Assembly: GCF_006345805.1 (NCBI RefSeq)
Contig: NC_043001.1
Span: 44,888,001 to 44,952,000, forward strand
DNA from: Octopus sinensis
Lineage: Eukaryota
Direction of reading: 5' to 3'
Length of the DNA stretch: 64,000 nt
Part shown: in pieces, positions 23,421-36,309 of the stretch
Layout: each line of letters opens with the position of its first letter
Position numbering within the stretch: the stretch's first letter is position 1
Notes under the pieces: generated by a model
Seen by the model: only the letters and a program-made list of their open reading frames with translations
What the model was told of the DNA's origin: nothing
The model's database searches: none
Made by a program: the position numbers and the translations under genes

Positions 23421-26400
23421 TTTGATTTTCAACATTCACATAACACATACTGATGAAAAAACGATGCCCAAACTATCTAGAGTATTCACAGGTTTGACCA
23501 TACTAACAAACTAAAAGCCCCACCAATCAGGCAATCTAAGTGGTATGTCTTGAACCAAATCTTCCTTATATAACACTGTCGCCTGCAGGATTCATTGGAC
23601 AAGTCATTGATATTAAAAGGGGTTTGATCATACGTTTGCTTGATCAAGGCTGACTAAGCATAAACAATCACAAAACCACAACAACTAGAGATTAGTGCAC
23701 TTCACATCATCGCACATTGCTCACATACAACTTACACGTGTGGCACTAAGAGATTCACAATATGCTAGCAGTAGCAATCATATTTCCTTCAAATCACACA
23801 TCCTTACCTGTTTTAGAAAAGAACAACATGCTAGATAATATAGCTTTCTAGAAACACTGTTTTTTGAAAAGGAAAAAGGACATTTTCTGTTTGACTTTTT
23901 TAAATTTTTAAATTAAGAGAAAATTTTCAAATTTGATACATTGATGTAATTTTTCCTGCTGAATTTGATGTTGGGATCTTTTCTGTTTGGCTGCCAAGAT
24001 TTCAAAAATTAAAGTTTATCAAATTTTAAAAATTTAGTACATTAATGTAGTTTTCCAAGCTGAATTCCTGGAATTATTTCACTTTTTCCAGAAAATAAAA
24101 AAAAAAGAAGTTTTATAGAGGTTTGAAGTTTGATCATTTTCACCCAGTCAGGAAACATGATTTGGAAGCCGTCATTTTGTGCATGACAGCATATTTTGTC
24201 AACATCCTGAAAATAACACGTGTTGTCAATATTTATATTCTACACATTGAAACTGAGTAAACAACACGTCTTTTGTAGTTTTAAGCATTCAATATGCATT
24301 TAATGTGATAAACAACACATTACAAATTAAATATTTTAAAGAAAACAAGCATTTATGCATTTTTAGTAGTGAGACCAAACTGATAGTTTGGTAACCTACT
24401 AAAATAAACATTAAAAATCGAAAGTAGAAAATAAACAGCTCTGCAAGTTTAACTCAGTGTTTATTGAACAAGAGAGGCACAAAATTTAAGAAGCGACATG
24501 TTAAAATATACAAGGAGACATAAGCAAGAATAGCAAAAATCTACTATACAAAAAGAACTGGTAATACATACATTACAGGTGTTCTATGAAGAGAACATAA
24601 AATTGCTGCATAATTCAACATGAATGTGAAATGACATTAAACGTCGTATAAGGTAAATGAAGGTTTCCATGGGAATGCTAAAAGTTATAATCACTTAGAG
24701 AGCTTATATACACGTGGATGAATTATGATGTTGTCGGTGTTAGATGTAGTAAGAGCTGGTAGCAGTGGTATCAGCAGTGATGAATTTCATAGTGTTATGA
24801 TGCGGGGAAAGTGAGCAAATAGCTTCCTGGTGCAAATGTAAGCTAGATTCCCTAAGCAAGGAAAAACTGATCTATTTAAGGAAATTGCTAGGCTCCACAG
24901 AGATGTGAAAGGTTTTTCTGCCAGGAGAACACGTGATCCATTTGAGCGCATGTGACTGGTTGACAGGGAAATTTGGCATAATTGTTTAGGGGACAATTTG
25001 CACCTAAAAGCAAACCAATCAGAGCAAATAGTTATAACATGATCTTTATAGCTAAGTATTCTCTGCTACATCCAAACAACAACTATAAATAAAAGGGAGA
25101 GAGAATTGTTTGTCAATCCATTTTGCTACACATTCGATATGCATTTCAGTGGGTAAAACAGCAGAACACAGTGTCAACAAGTAGTTTCAATATATTTGCC
25201 AACACATGCTTTCTTACAGACAAAAGAGTTTTCATGTTTGGTTTCTTACAATGGAAACAGGCATGAATGTGTCTGTGGTTTATGACTGGCTAAAATTACC
25301 CAAAATTTTCAAACTTTAATAGCTCATAACTAATTGATTTATAGCGAAAATGATTTTCATGGTATTGATTAACCTATAAAAGTGTGTGATTAAACTGAAT
25401 ATGAAATCAATTCGAACAGAAATTGAAATTGGTAGCCAAACGGAAAAGATCTATAATATGTCCAGGAGACAAATCATTCCAACTCTTGATTGGCGAACAA
25501 GACACGGTGTCCATTGAAAGATTGAAACTGGCTCATCTCGATATTGACAGCCGCATCCAAGTAGCTCAACTACCAAACAGAGGCAGCCCCAGGCAAATCA
25601 CACCAACCCTTGACAATGAACAGTCACTGAGTAACCACACATACAAGCAGAGCAGTTAAAACGCCTTCCCAGTACCAATGACAGTCAACAGTTATGGAGG
25701 GGTGCTACATGTAGGGCACTGCCCAAGGATTTATGACAGATGAACTATAGGCAGGAACTTTGCTGCAGGCTAGCTAGGGAGCTGGTCTGCAGTGAAGTGG
25801 ACTTCTTCAAAACAAAAGTTGACTGATGGCTCTCACCCTCATGAGTTTAACAAAATGTAACTAAATAAATCTTTCACCAACACACTCTGGTTCTATGTTG
25901 ACTTTTTTTTGCGTGTGTGTATAGCTTATATACACAGTTACAAAAACTAACATATATTTCTTTATACTTTCAATTCAAAACAATGCCCATTGTAACAAAT
26001 CTAGGATCTAGTTAAACTGATTCACAAAATCAGCCAACTCAAATTTATCATTAAAACAAAAGAAAAATGTTCTACTTAAGCCAGTAGTTTGAATTCGTAT
26101 TTGCAATGTTTCCACGTACAGGCAGCCAACACTGGCATGGAAATATTGCTATAATTAGTCAACAACTTGAGAAAACAGATTGGGTGATATTTAAACAATA
26201 TGATTTGAGAACCTAAGTAGTGTATATAGTTTTGTTTTATCAGAAGGATGTCCTTCGGAACCCTTGAATTTTTTATGGAGTGGTCATGATAGTCCTTGAA
26301 TCTAGCTTGAAAATACTCTTGAAAATCTTTGAAAAGCCTTGAATTTTTGTTTTTAAAAACCGGCAGGAAGTGTGTTAATTGTTTTTGACGTTTGACAAAA

Positions 26401-27195
26401 AGGCTATTATTCTACATTTTGCTTTACATTTGAGTATATATTTTATCCTTTGCTCATAGTGTATTGAATTAAATTTTGATTTGCAGTCATTGAACTGAAA
26501 ATGGCACTGGGCTGGACAAACATGATATTAATATTCACTTTGAGTACTGTTTTAGCCAGACTGTGAGCAGGGAGTGGTTGTACTAGCTTTGATAGGTTCT
26601 GACATAAAACAGTAGTGAACATTTATGAATGTGAAGCTTTCAGTTTGTATCTGTTTTCAACTGTAGAATTAGTCAAACCCAGTAGAAAATGTTAGTAGAT
26701 TTTTGCCTTTGTGAATAATATGTGAGTGCATTTGTTATTCTCACATTAACAACTACTTTTAAGTAACATAATTAATTAATTTCAGGGGCTGTGCACAATA
26801 TGAAAAATGCAACAGAAGCGGGGGTTGAGTTAGTGACTTGAGAATGGCTTTGGACTGCCAGTGACAGAAATGTTGGTTGAAGGAGAAGAGAAAAAAAATT
26901 TGGACAAGTTTGCTCTTGGCAATGAATCTGCCACTGATCTCAGGTCTGCACAAATTGAAAATAAAGACAACCCATTTATGGGTTACCTCAATCTTTTAAG
27001 GTAATCCATTTTAGTGATGCACTGGTAACAATAGGTTGAATAGCTTTGCATACATGGTTTTGTCTTCCATTCAAATTACTCATTCACCAGGTTAATCAGT
27101 AATACTCCTATCTGTAGTTTCAAATACAGGTTTATTGATGATATCTCTCCCATTTAATATGCTTTTCCTATTTCTGCACATTCTAAATATATTTT

Positions 27196-27390
27196 ACGGA
27201 GATGTACTTGCATAGCAAGTGACCTGATCTGAGATCATATGCTTGAACGAAAACAATTGCAGCTTGGAAGGTGTTTATAAGCCATTTAAGAAACACACAA
27301 AATCTGTTAGATTCACTTCAACATTTAAATTTAATTTGTCAAAATATTTTTGTCGCTTTGAGACCGTAACCTGTTCACTGACAGAAATTT
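27196..27390 (-). repeat. Second copy of the 12358 repeat; hammerhead-like motif with G3/C8 core at 27335-27383
   Basis: GGAGATGTACTTGCATAGCAAGTGACCTGATCTGAGAT... shared with 12358. The minus strand reads TGTCA-GTGAACA-G-GTTAC-loop-GCGAC-AAAA-ATATTT-TGACA. Confidence 0.8.
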
Positions 27391-27989
27391 CAAGTCATAA
27401 AATTGAACCCTAAAATGAATACCATTACTCCTTATTTACCAGTTTTTATGATCAGATATGAATGATTGCTGGACTTTGTCACAAATAGCCACAGCTGTAT
27501 AAGTGACCTCAACACCAGTTAAATAAATATCTTAGTTTTACAGTGTATATTGGCCAGTATATTTTGTCTTCATTTTTATTAAATTTTAAATGTGATTTAC
27601 TTTTGCTATGTTGTAAATAGCCATTTTCCAAAATCATAGTTTATAAAATAAATGATGCTTGCAAAGAAAAATGAATTGTTCATTAAAAAATTTTTTCTGG
27701 CAGTTTCTACATGATTTTTCAGATATTCCCATACACATGCCATGTAAACTGATTCTCATACACTCACATCTTCAAAATAAATTTAGTATTGTTTCTGTTT
27801 AGCAGTGGGTAGTCCTCATTGGCTGTAAATTGAAACAATATTACATTTTTATTTTCAAATGCTGGGTGGGTGAGGCAGGAATCAGAGCAATTCATGCCAG
27901 GGATCTGGTGTAATGCTATGGAGAACATAAAGTGTGGCCATATAAATGCTTAATCATACATTAATTAGCCCATCCTTGAATGTATTTCG

Positions 27990-28320
27990 GATCCAGATCA
28001 GGCATTTGGCAATATCGGCTCAGGTCGATATTGAGACTTCTCAAGTTGAACAACCATACATCAGCCCAACTTCATTACCATATCGGACCGATGTCACCTT
28101 GATGTGAAAATGACATTGAGCTGATGTCAACCCGATGTAAGAGACCAAAATCTCACATTGGCCTAACCTCAAATTCATATCAGCCTGATATCAGGGAATA
28201 TGTCAGTCCGATGTTGCACCGTGTTGCAAAATGAGATTAGTCTGAAATCAAACCGACACAATTTCTGATGTAGGTAACAACATCGGTTTGATGTTGGCCT
28301 GATATGGTTTTGCTGGCTGG
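27990..28320. mobile_element. Possible CACTA/EnSpm-like transposon end with sub-terminal repeats
   Basis: Terminus reads CCCAGCCAGCAAAACC on the minus strand; short CCGATGT/ATATCGG/ACATCGG motifs recur in both orientations. Confidence 0.35.
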
Positions 28321-28399
28321 GTAGTAGATTTTTGCTATTCTTGTTTATGCCTCCTCCGGCCTGGTGGGTGTTAACAATTATGTAGAAAACAAATATGAA

Positions 28400-28690
28400 A
28401 ATAAAATGCGTGCTAACCACCCGGCGGCGGGGGGAAGGGACTTTCGGAAAATTCACAAGATCCGATTTTTCCGTCATAACTTCCGGTAAAATGGATATAT
28501 ATTGATTTTTGTTTACAGAATCCTGCGTTTTTGGATATGGAGGATCCAATTCTGAAAAAAAATTTTTCAAAATTAAAATTCCCCTCCCCCTTCATTTTCC
28601 ATTTTTCCCGTAAAGTTTATTTTTTTGTGAAATACATAGAAAAATATGAAGATTATGATTCTGAAAAAAATTTATTTGTAAAATTTCAAT
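28400..28690. repeat. MITE-like repeat, partly duplicated at 30313-30433
   Basis: 57 bp at 28454-28510 match 30364-30420 with 1 mismatch. Confidence 0.6.
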
Positions 28691-29070
28691 GTGGTAAGTA
28701 GCTTGCTAACCAACCACATGGTTCCAGGTTCAGTCCCACTGCGTGGCATCTTGGGCAAGTGTCTTCTGCTATAGCCCCGGGCCGACCAATGCCTTGTGAG
28801 TGGATTTGGTAGACGGAAACTGAAAGAAGCCTGTCGTATATATGTATATATATATAAGCGTGTGTGTATATGTTTGTGTGTCTGTGTTTGTCCCCCTAGC
28901 ATTGCTTGACAACCGATGCTGATGTGTTTACGTCCCCGTCACTTAGCGGTTCGGCAAAAGAGACCGATAGAATAAGTACTGGGCTTACAAAGAATAAGTC
29001 CCGGGGTCGATTTGCTCGACTAAAGGCGGTGCTCCAGCATGGCCGCAGTCAAATGACTGAAACAAGTAAA
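28690..29070 (+). mobile_element. Young, well-preserved tRNA-derived SINE (5'-truncated)
   Basis: TGTGGTAAGTAGCTTGCTAACCAACCACATGGTTCCAGGTTCAGTCCC...TTGGGCAAGTGTCTTC...AATAAGTACTGGGC...GGCGGTGCTCCAGCATGGCCGCAGTC. Confidence 0.85.
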
Positions 29071-29516
29071 AGAGTATACCCCCAGGCCTTCAAGCAGGCT
29101 ATTCAGATGCTAGAAATAACAGCTAAATCTGACTACAGACGATATTGTCGAGCTCCTCGTATCATTACAACTTGACTGGTAAGTTACCGCCTTTAGTATC
29201 ATCCGCCGTACTGACTGGTAAAGTAATCGCTCTTTGTAACATCCGCCACGTTTGTTTATATTCGCGAGTGCTCGTTTTCTGCTTTTTATTTTTATATGTT
29301 TCAGTCCAATGAGAGAGGCCATACTGAAGCACCGCAATTCTTATATACATTTTAAGTGTAAAATATTTAAAAGTAGATGAAGCTTCCTAATTTTTAGCAT
29401 ACTTCATTTATTTTGGATATATTTCCCATTTTCATAATTTATTTTTAAAATTAGACGTCATTTTCTTGAAGAGATGCGTTTCTAATTGAGCGGCGAATTT
29501 ATAGAATTTCTTTGCC

Positions 29517-29529
29517 ATGGAAGCCCGAG
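29517..29529 (+). CDS. ENGASE: ENGase exon 1 (13 nt, MEAR plus 1 nt)
   Basis: Kozak gccATGG and consensus donor G|gtaagt. Phase 1 matches exon 2 (G+TT = Val). Lies in a CpG-richer patch. Confidence 0.7.
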
Positions 29530-30177
29530 GTAAGTTTTTATGTAAGCTGAATGTAGGATTACCATGATCTAGCAGGTCGATATTTGCATGGCAATTAAAT
29601 TAGCTATGTTGTGTCTGGGGAGAGTCATATTGTCTTATTTTTTCTTCCCAAATTTTCGCTGCTTTTGCAACCTTATCAATAGATGTTGACTGCACACGTT
29701 ATTGGAACTGCGTTCTTTTTTGTCTGTTTGAGTGCATGTGTATGCATGTATGTATTCTGCATATTCATGTTTGTATGTGTGTGCGTGCGTTTGAGTGTGT
29801 TTATGTGTATTGGTTTTTGTGGTTATGTATGTGCTGTGCGTGCTTGTCTGTCCATATTACCTATGTACTTTATCTATCTATTTACTTGTGTATCTTTGTT
29901 TACCTACCTACCTACACACACACACCCATATATATATATATAGTGAACTTCAAGTAGGCATAGCGTGGATTCGATCCTCATCGCCAAATTTCACTTAATA
30001 GTTCAACAGCACTTTTCTCACGGTAAAGCAATAGTTTTTCTGTGAGTGACAAGAATTACAAGTGGCGAACCTGAGTTAAAGAATTGCAGCCTTTACCTTC
30101 GCATGAACAGTTGTCACATCCATCGATTATGCCGGTGACCCCGTCTAAAAACAATTACTACTTCTAATGTTAAATGC

Positions 30178-30303
30178 CGTTTACACGAGTTGTTTCTACA
30201 CTATTACCACCACTGTGTAACTCGTGTGTACCACGTCATCAAAGTATAATAAAGTTTCTGTAATGATGACGCCCATCCAAGCCTCTATTTTTAGAACGTA
30301 ACA
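30178..30303 (+). mobile_element. 5' LTR (126 bp) of a decayed Gypsy element
   Basis: Aligns over the same length with 33808-33933 and ends ...AACGTAACA; visibly diverged from the 3' LTR. Confidence 0.75.
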
Positions 30304-30693
30304 TGAAAAAAAAAAAAGCGCTCTGACGACCCTGGGGGGTGGGGAGTGGACTTTTGGAAAACACACAAGATCCGATTTTTCCGTCATAACTTCGGGTAAA
30401 ATGGATATATATTGATTTTTTTTTTTTTTACTTAACCCCACGGAGAAGGAACTGACAGTTGAAAACGATGCATGTGAACATGGACTTGGTTCTGTGTTGT
30501 TACAGGAAAGCAAACCTGTTGCTTTCACTTGTCGGTCATTAACGGATGCAGAGCGTAATTATGCTCAAATAGAGAAGGAAATGTTGGCTGTTACTTTTGG
30601 TCTTTAGAAGTTTCGTATGGGCAACGTGTGACCGTCGTTATGGACCATAAACTACTAGTGTCTATAGTGAAAAACCACTTTCCAAAGCTCCTA

Positions 30694-31959
30694 CGAGGGG
30701 CGTTCAATAAGTAATGCCCCTGACCCACTTCCCATAGCAGTAGAGCAACGACACTTGGCACAGTTATTAGTCTTTTTCTACATAGGAACCACCCAGAGTT
30801 GCGCATTTCTCCCATCGTTTGATGCAGCTCTGGAGACCGTTTTTGTAGAAGACCCCAGCTTGGTCCTCCAACCACGACGTGACTTCAGAAATCAAGGCTG
30901 CATCATCTGGGAAACGCTTTCCTTTCAAAAACAACTTCATGGCTGGGAAGAGGTGAAAATCAGAGGGTGCAAGGTCAGGAGAGTAGGGGGGATGGGGGAG
31001 GAGTTCATAGCCGCACGCCTGTGCTTCTGATCTGGCGACACGCGAGTTGTGGACCGGAGCGTTGTCCTGCAAGAGGAGGATGCCTTTGCTGATCTTGCCC
31101 CGCCTCTTGATTTTGATAGCTTCTCTCAATTTCCTCAAAAGTGAAGCATAATAGGCTCCTGTAATTGTGGTACCCTTTGCCAGGAAATCTGTCATCACTA
31201 CTCCGTCCTGGTCCCAGAAGACTGTGAGCATGACCTTGCCAGCGGAGGGTTGCACCCTTGCCTTCTTTGGAGGAGGTGAGTCACGGTGCTTCCACTGCAT
31301 TGACTGGGCTTTGGTCTCTGGATCATAGTGATGGACCCAGGTTTCATCCTGTGTAATCAGTCTTTTGAAAAATTTTGACTCATCTTCTTGGCACATCTCC
31401 AAATTCATCCTCGAGCACTCGACGTGTTCTTGCTTCTGGAAAGGTGTGAGCAACCTGGGAATCCATCTGGCAGACACCTTTTGCATATGCAAATGGTCAT
31501 GAATGATAGTTTCCACAGACCCGGTACTAATCTTGACCTCATGGGCTATTTGGCGAATAGTTTTGCGTCGATCTTCCAAAATGGCAGTCTCAACTTGACG
31601 GACAGATGCCTCATCAATAGCAGAAGGGGGACGACCAGATCTGGGAGCTGTTTCCACAGAGTTCCGACCATGTTTGAATTCACGATGCCAGCGTTTTACA
31701 AGGTCATATGATGGGGCATCATCACCATAAGTTACTTTCATTTCATCAAAAGTCTCCCGTGGTGTGCGTCCTTTCAAATACAAAAACCAGATAACTGCTC
31801 GACACTCAACAGGCTCCATTTCACACTTGACTCAGTTCAAACACCTGTAAATCAGAAACCACAATTAGTTCAGAGCTGTAATTCCACTTAATCTATAGAG
31901 ATATAAATAATCAAACAACTGCAAGTGGGTCAGAGGCATTACTTATTGAACGCCCCTCG
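30694..31959 (-). mobile_element. Complete mariner element (1266 bp) with 37-bp TIRs and TA target-site duplication
   Basis: TA(30692-93)-CGAGGGGCGTTCAATAAGTAATGCCcCTGACCCACTT ... reverse complement ending at 31959-TA(31960-61); 1 mismatch between the TIRs. Confidence 0.95.
30767..31819 (-). CDS. Intact mariner transposase, 350 aa, DD34D
   Basis: WIPRLL linker, ITQDETWVH, LQDNAPVH and HPPYSPDLAPSDF; 34 residues between the second and third Asp; no stops or frameshifts. Confidence 0.95.
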   Translation of the reverse strand: MEPVECRAVIWFLYLKGRTPRETFDEMKVTYGDDAPSYDLVKRWHREFKHGRNSVETAPRSGRPPSAIDEASVRQVETAILEDRRKTIRQIAHEVKISTGSVETIIHDHLHMQKVSARWIPRLLTPFQKQEHVECSRMNLEMCQEDESKFFKRLITQDETWVHHYDPETKAQSMQWKHRDSPPPKKARVQPSAGKVMLTVFWDQDGVVMTDFLAKGTTITGAYYASLLRKLREAIKIKRRGKISKGILLLQDNAPVHNSRVARSEAQACGYELLPHPPYSPDLAPSDFHLFPAMKLFLKGKRFPDDAALISEVTSWLEDQAGVFYKNGLQSCIKRWEKCATLGGSYVEKD

Positions 31960-33807
31960 TAAAAGACTGCAATCTTTTCTGCTTAGAACACAAAATTACA
32001 ATTTTGTTCTCATCTGCAATCCAGGAAATATGATCCCTCTCAAGAGCCCCACTACTAGACAAGCCAAAATCTGACACTGTCCATGTCAGCAACATATCCC
32101 ATATCAAAGGCAGACGTCTCGATGTGATAAGATCAGCTACCCTGAAAGACAGCACAATGTATAAGCTGAAAACTGTAATAATGGAAGGCTGGCTGGCTGA
32201 CAGAAATAATCTACTATCAGATTTGACACCATACTTATCATGATGAGATGACAGTGCAAGATGGTCTGATTCTGCACAGAGAAAGAATTGTGATTCCGTG
32301 TGTGATAGGAAAAGAAATGAAAGAAAAGCTACATGTGGGATACATGGGAATCAATTCCTGTCTGAAATTTAATATTTTGGCTGGCTATGTCGAGTGAAAT
32401 TCGATAATATATTGAGACTTGTGACATTTGTGCTTGTTTTGGGGCTAAGCAGCCTCAAGAACCCCTCCATATGCATGACATACCAGACCAACCATGGGAG
32501 GAAGTAGGTACAAACATCTTCACCCTGCAAGGCAGAAATTACCTGATAACTACAGACTACTACAGTAACTTTTTTGAGCTAGACTATCTGCCAGAGACTA
32601 CATCAGAAGTGGTTGTCTCCAAAATGAAGCATCATTTTGAGCATCATGGTGTACCAACTGTCATTATCTGTGATGGTGGACCACAATATACTGGAGAGAA
32701 GTTTCAGGTATTTAGTAAATCTTGGGGATTCAATCACGAAACATCCAGCCCAGGGAACAGTAAAGTGAATGGTGCTGCTGAAGTGCTGTGAATGGTGAAA
32801 ATTGCAAAAAACATGATGCGAAAGTGTCATCTCTCTAAAGAAGATCCATATATTGAACTCATGAACATCAGAAACACTCCACAAGAAGGCCTAGCATCTA
32901 GTCCAGCTCAAAGACTTTTTGGTAGACAAACTAAAAAGTTCTCATGCCAAAGAGAACATTCAAAGACACACAGTCTACAAGGAATTGATGGAGAACAAAT
33001 GTATGAACATTATTGACAGACACAATGAAGGCCATCCTCTAAGCAAGCTCCATCCAGGTGACACCATTCAGATGCAGTATGACAAGAAAGAATGGGTTGA
33101 AGTTATAGTAAAGCAACAAATCAAAGGTTGAACTTAAACTGTGCAAACTAAGGAAGGTTGTACCTATCGAAGGAATCGACAACAAGAATTGAAAAAGTCA
33201 CAACCCTGCCTTGAGCAAAACACATCAACGTCGACAACAATAACATCATCGTCTTCCTCAACATCAGTGACGTCAAGTGATAACCCTAACCTAGCAGGTG
33301 ATACCAGTGCTCAACGTGGATACAAGACCAGTGCCGGAAGAACAGTAAAACCTATACAAAAGCTCAATCTTTGAACATTTTAAAGTGAATTAATTTTCTT
33401 GAATAAAAAAAAAATCTGTTGAGGTTTGTTTTGTGAAATATTACAAAGACTGGATTGTCTTTGAATATCTTTAAAGTTGGTGTTTTGATAAATAACTCTA
33501 AAATCTTGTGTTTTCAGTGACTCTAAATATCAGTATTAGCCAGTAATAGTTCTGTAAATTTAATTCAAAATGTGCAACAGTAGTATCCTAAGTGTTCAAG
33601 GTGAATGAAGAGACTCTAAAATCCCTTCCAAATGTTGGTTCACAACTATAGATATAAAAGACTCTAAATATTATCAACGTTAATATTTACCTTCAATTCA
33701 AGGTTTACAAAGACTCTAAATGTGTTCTGATAAATACCCTTATGATTTTATTATTGTCATTCTCATAATTGTATCAAGGTTTCAGTGTTTATCTCAAAGG
33801 AAAGGGG

Positions 33808-33933
33808 ATGTTACGTAAGTAGTTTCTGTAGGGTTACCTTCCTTACACCACTGTGTTACTCATGTACTACGTCATAAAAATATAATAAAGTTTCTGTTAT
33901 GGCACTCATCCAAGCCTCTTTTAGAACATAACA
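33808..33933 (+). mobile_element. 3' LTR (126 bp, TG...CA) preceded by a polypurine tract
   Basis: PPT AAAGGAAGGGGA (33796-33807), then TGTTACG...CATAACA. Confidence 0.8.
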
Positions 33934-34699
33934 TGCTGCTGCATTTTGCTGACTTCAAACTAAAAAACTACAGTCTTCATATCAACAGTTGCTAAACCAG
34001 AGGAAAAGAATGACAGCCTTTCTCACCACCAAGATGCACCTTCATTCCACTTGTTATAGTACGCGTAACAGAGAGCACTATACTGTGATGCAATCTACAA
34101 TGCAACACTGCAAACGCACAAGAAATTCGCCAATCATGGAAGCCAATAAATGCATCATTTCGACAGCTACATGCCCAGAAACTAACTGGAAGAAAATATG
34201 GAAGCCCGCATATACAATGTCTTCAGCACATACATGTATAATGGAAGGAAGGTTTTTATGATAATTTTGGGGTTTCTTCTTCTTCCATTATAATTATTCT
34301 GTTGATTCAAGGAGCTGGAAATACGAAGAATGAAGTTCTCAGGCATAGTAAATTCAATAACCATTTATTCACACGTGCTTTGTACAAAGGGTTTGCTTTT
34401 AGTAATCATCTTCACAGCAGTGTGTAGTTAACCTTCTCTCCCATACACATGAGGTTCAATAACCTCTGGAGACCATGCATGCAGTATCACAGTGGGACAA
34501 AAGTCTACTGTGAGCTCCTGGCTTCAAAGTGTTGCTCGACGTTCAGTGTGAAAAGAATGAGAGGGAAAATGTTCTTTTCCTTAAATAATGGTTGCAGGCG
34601 AGATCACATTTTTGTCTCACTTATGGCAATGGTTGCAGGTGAGATCTCGCTGTTTCAAAATGGCGCTGACTTCTTTGTGCCTCACTACAGGGGCTCAGT

Positions 34700-35203
34700 G
34701 AAAACATTCGACCATCTTGTTGGAAGCTGGATGGTAGCTGGTTGTACGAATGTGGTGAACATCTAGGAGTTGTGATAATTCACGAAATAAGGAAGCTTTG
34801 AACTGGTGTCCATGGTCAGTGGTTATATTAGTTGGAACACCAAAATGTGCAAACCAATTAGAAACGAAAGCTTGAGCAACTGACTCAGCGGAAATGTTCA
34901 CTATTGGAATGGCTTCAGGCCAATGAGAGAAATGATCAACACATGTCAATATATAAAAGAAATTGACTGACAGGCCATGGCCCAACCAGATCAATGTGGA
35001 CATGGCGAAAGCTAGTCTCCAGCAGAGAAAACTGTCCAAGAGGAGCACAAATGTGTCTGTGGAATTTAGGATGCTGGCATTTCACACAAGCAGTGATAAT
35101 CCGGCACATATTAGGCCAGAAAAATCAAGCTGTAATAAGCTTCACCGAGGCAGCGATGCCAGGATGTGACAGTGAATGTAAGGTATCAAAAACAAAAGCT
35201 TGT
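34700..35203 (-). mobile_element. Second Gypsy integrase fragment (zinc finger and core)
   Basis: HSLSHPGIAAS...ILTCVDHFSHWPEAIPI...FGVPTNITTDHGHQF...TTSYHPASN; truncated by a SINE. Confidence 0.8.
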
Positions 35204-35460
35204 GAGTGGATTTGGTAGACAGAAACTGAAAGAAGCCCGTTGTATATATTTATATATATGTATGTATGTGTGTGTGTCCCCAACATCGCTTGACAACCAA
35301 TGGTGATATGTTTACATCCCTGTAACTTAGCAGTTTGACAAAAGAGACCGATATAATAAGTACTAGGCTTCCAAAGAATAAGTCCTGGGGTTGATTTGCT
35401 CAACTAAAGGCGGTGCTCCAGCATGGCTGCAGTCAAATGACTGAAACAAGTTAAAGAGTA
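35204..35460 (+). mobile_element. 3' half of tRNA-derived SINE
   Basis: GTGAGTGGATTTGGTAGACAGAAACTGAAAGAAGCC...GGCGGTGCTCCAGCATGG, as in the 28690 copy. Confidence 0.8.
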
Positions 35461-35468
35461 AAGAGAGA

Positions 35469-35535
<67 letters not shown>

Positions 35536-35625
35536 AAGAGAGAGAGAGGGGGTGAGAGAAAGTTAAAATTTACAGAAAAACAAAAGGCGAAGCAGGTGTA
35601 TTAGTTTGATTCTCAAGAAAAGGGG

Positions 35626-35665
35626 AGTCTTTTATGTTTCGAACCTATGCTCTTCAACAGAAAGG
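35626..35665 (-). other. Minimal hammerhead-like motif with non-canonical core (CUGUUGA), probably decayed
   Basis: CTTT-CTGTTGA-A-GAGC-ATAG-GTTC-GAAA-CATA-AAAG; 4-bp stems I and II; position 6 is U; stem III reads ACAT instead of palindromic ACGT. Confidence 0.35.
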
Positions 35666-35771
35666 AACATGAAATAAACAAACAGAGAATAAAAAAAAAA
35701 CGTGGATTTAGCAATCTATCATGGAGACTGGATATATATAAATATATATATATATCATCATCATCATATAT

Positions 35772-35836
<65 letters not shown>

Positions 35837-36309
35837 TTATATATAAACTGTTGTGTTTGGGAAGAGTCATTCTCTTTTAGTGCCTTATAATTAATTTAAC
35901 ACACTCACCAGTAAAATTTCCACCTATTTCAGTTTTATTTTTCTAAAATTTTCGTTGCATCTTGCACTCACACTGTGTTCCTTTTTGTTTGTTTGTGCAG
36001 ATATGTGTGGGTTAGTGTGTGTGTGTGCCTACACATGCATGTATGTATGTATGCATGTGTGTGCATGCATGTATGTGTGTGTGTGCATATGTATGTATGT
36101 ATGTATGTGTGTATATTTGTATGTATGTATTCTGCATGTTCATGTGTTTGCATGTCCGTGTTTGTGTATTTTTATGTATGTGTGTGCTAGTGTTTGTATA
36201 TGTGTGTGTGTACCTCTGTCTCCTGGTGTGTGTGTGTGTGTGTTTTACAACTATGTACCATGTTCAATTGTACCTCCTAAGCCATCACAAGGTCGCTTGC
36301 CATGAGTGG

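Larger units (their letters stand above)
30440..33374 (+). mobile_element. Decayed Gypsy pol remnant (RNase H and integrase), interrupted by the mariner
   Basis: DACEHGLGSVLLQESKPVAF...AERNYAQIEKEMLAV and KAP|KRLQ split by the mariner; integrase PWEEVGTNIFTLQGRNYLITTDYYSNF...CDGGPQY...NGAAE. Confidence 0.85.

Noticed and set aside
23452-23495. CTGATGA...AAAAC...GTA hammerhead-like string
   Set aside because: No stem II, no G12 and no stem I.
24860-24910. About 45-bp match to 43780-43830
   Set aside because: Short decayed dispersed repeat with no identifiable product.
25385-25935. Possible solo LTR
   Set aside because: TG...CA ends and AATAAA can be found, but there is no TSD or second copy to support it.
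29645-29685. Hammerhead-like fold on the minus strand (CTATTGA...GTTGC/GCAGC-GAAA)
   Set aside because: Two core changes and no stem I; too weak.
33960-34690. Penelope or Helitron coding relic
   Set aside because: No convincing motif in any frame.
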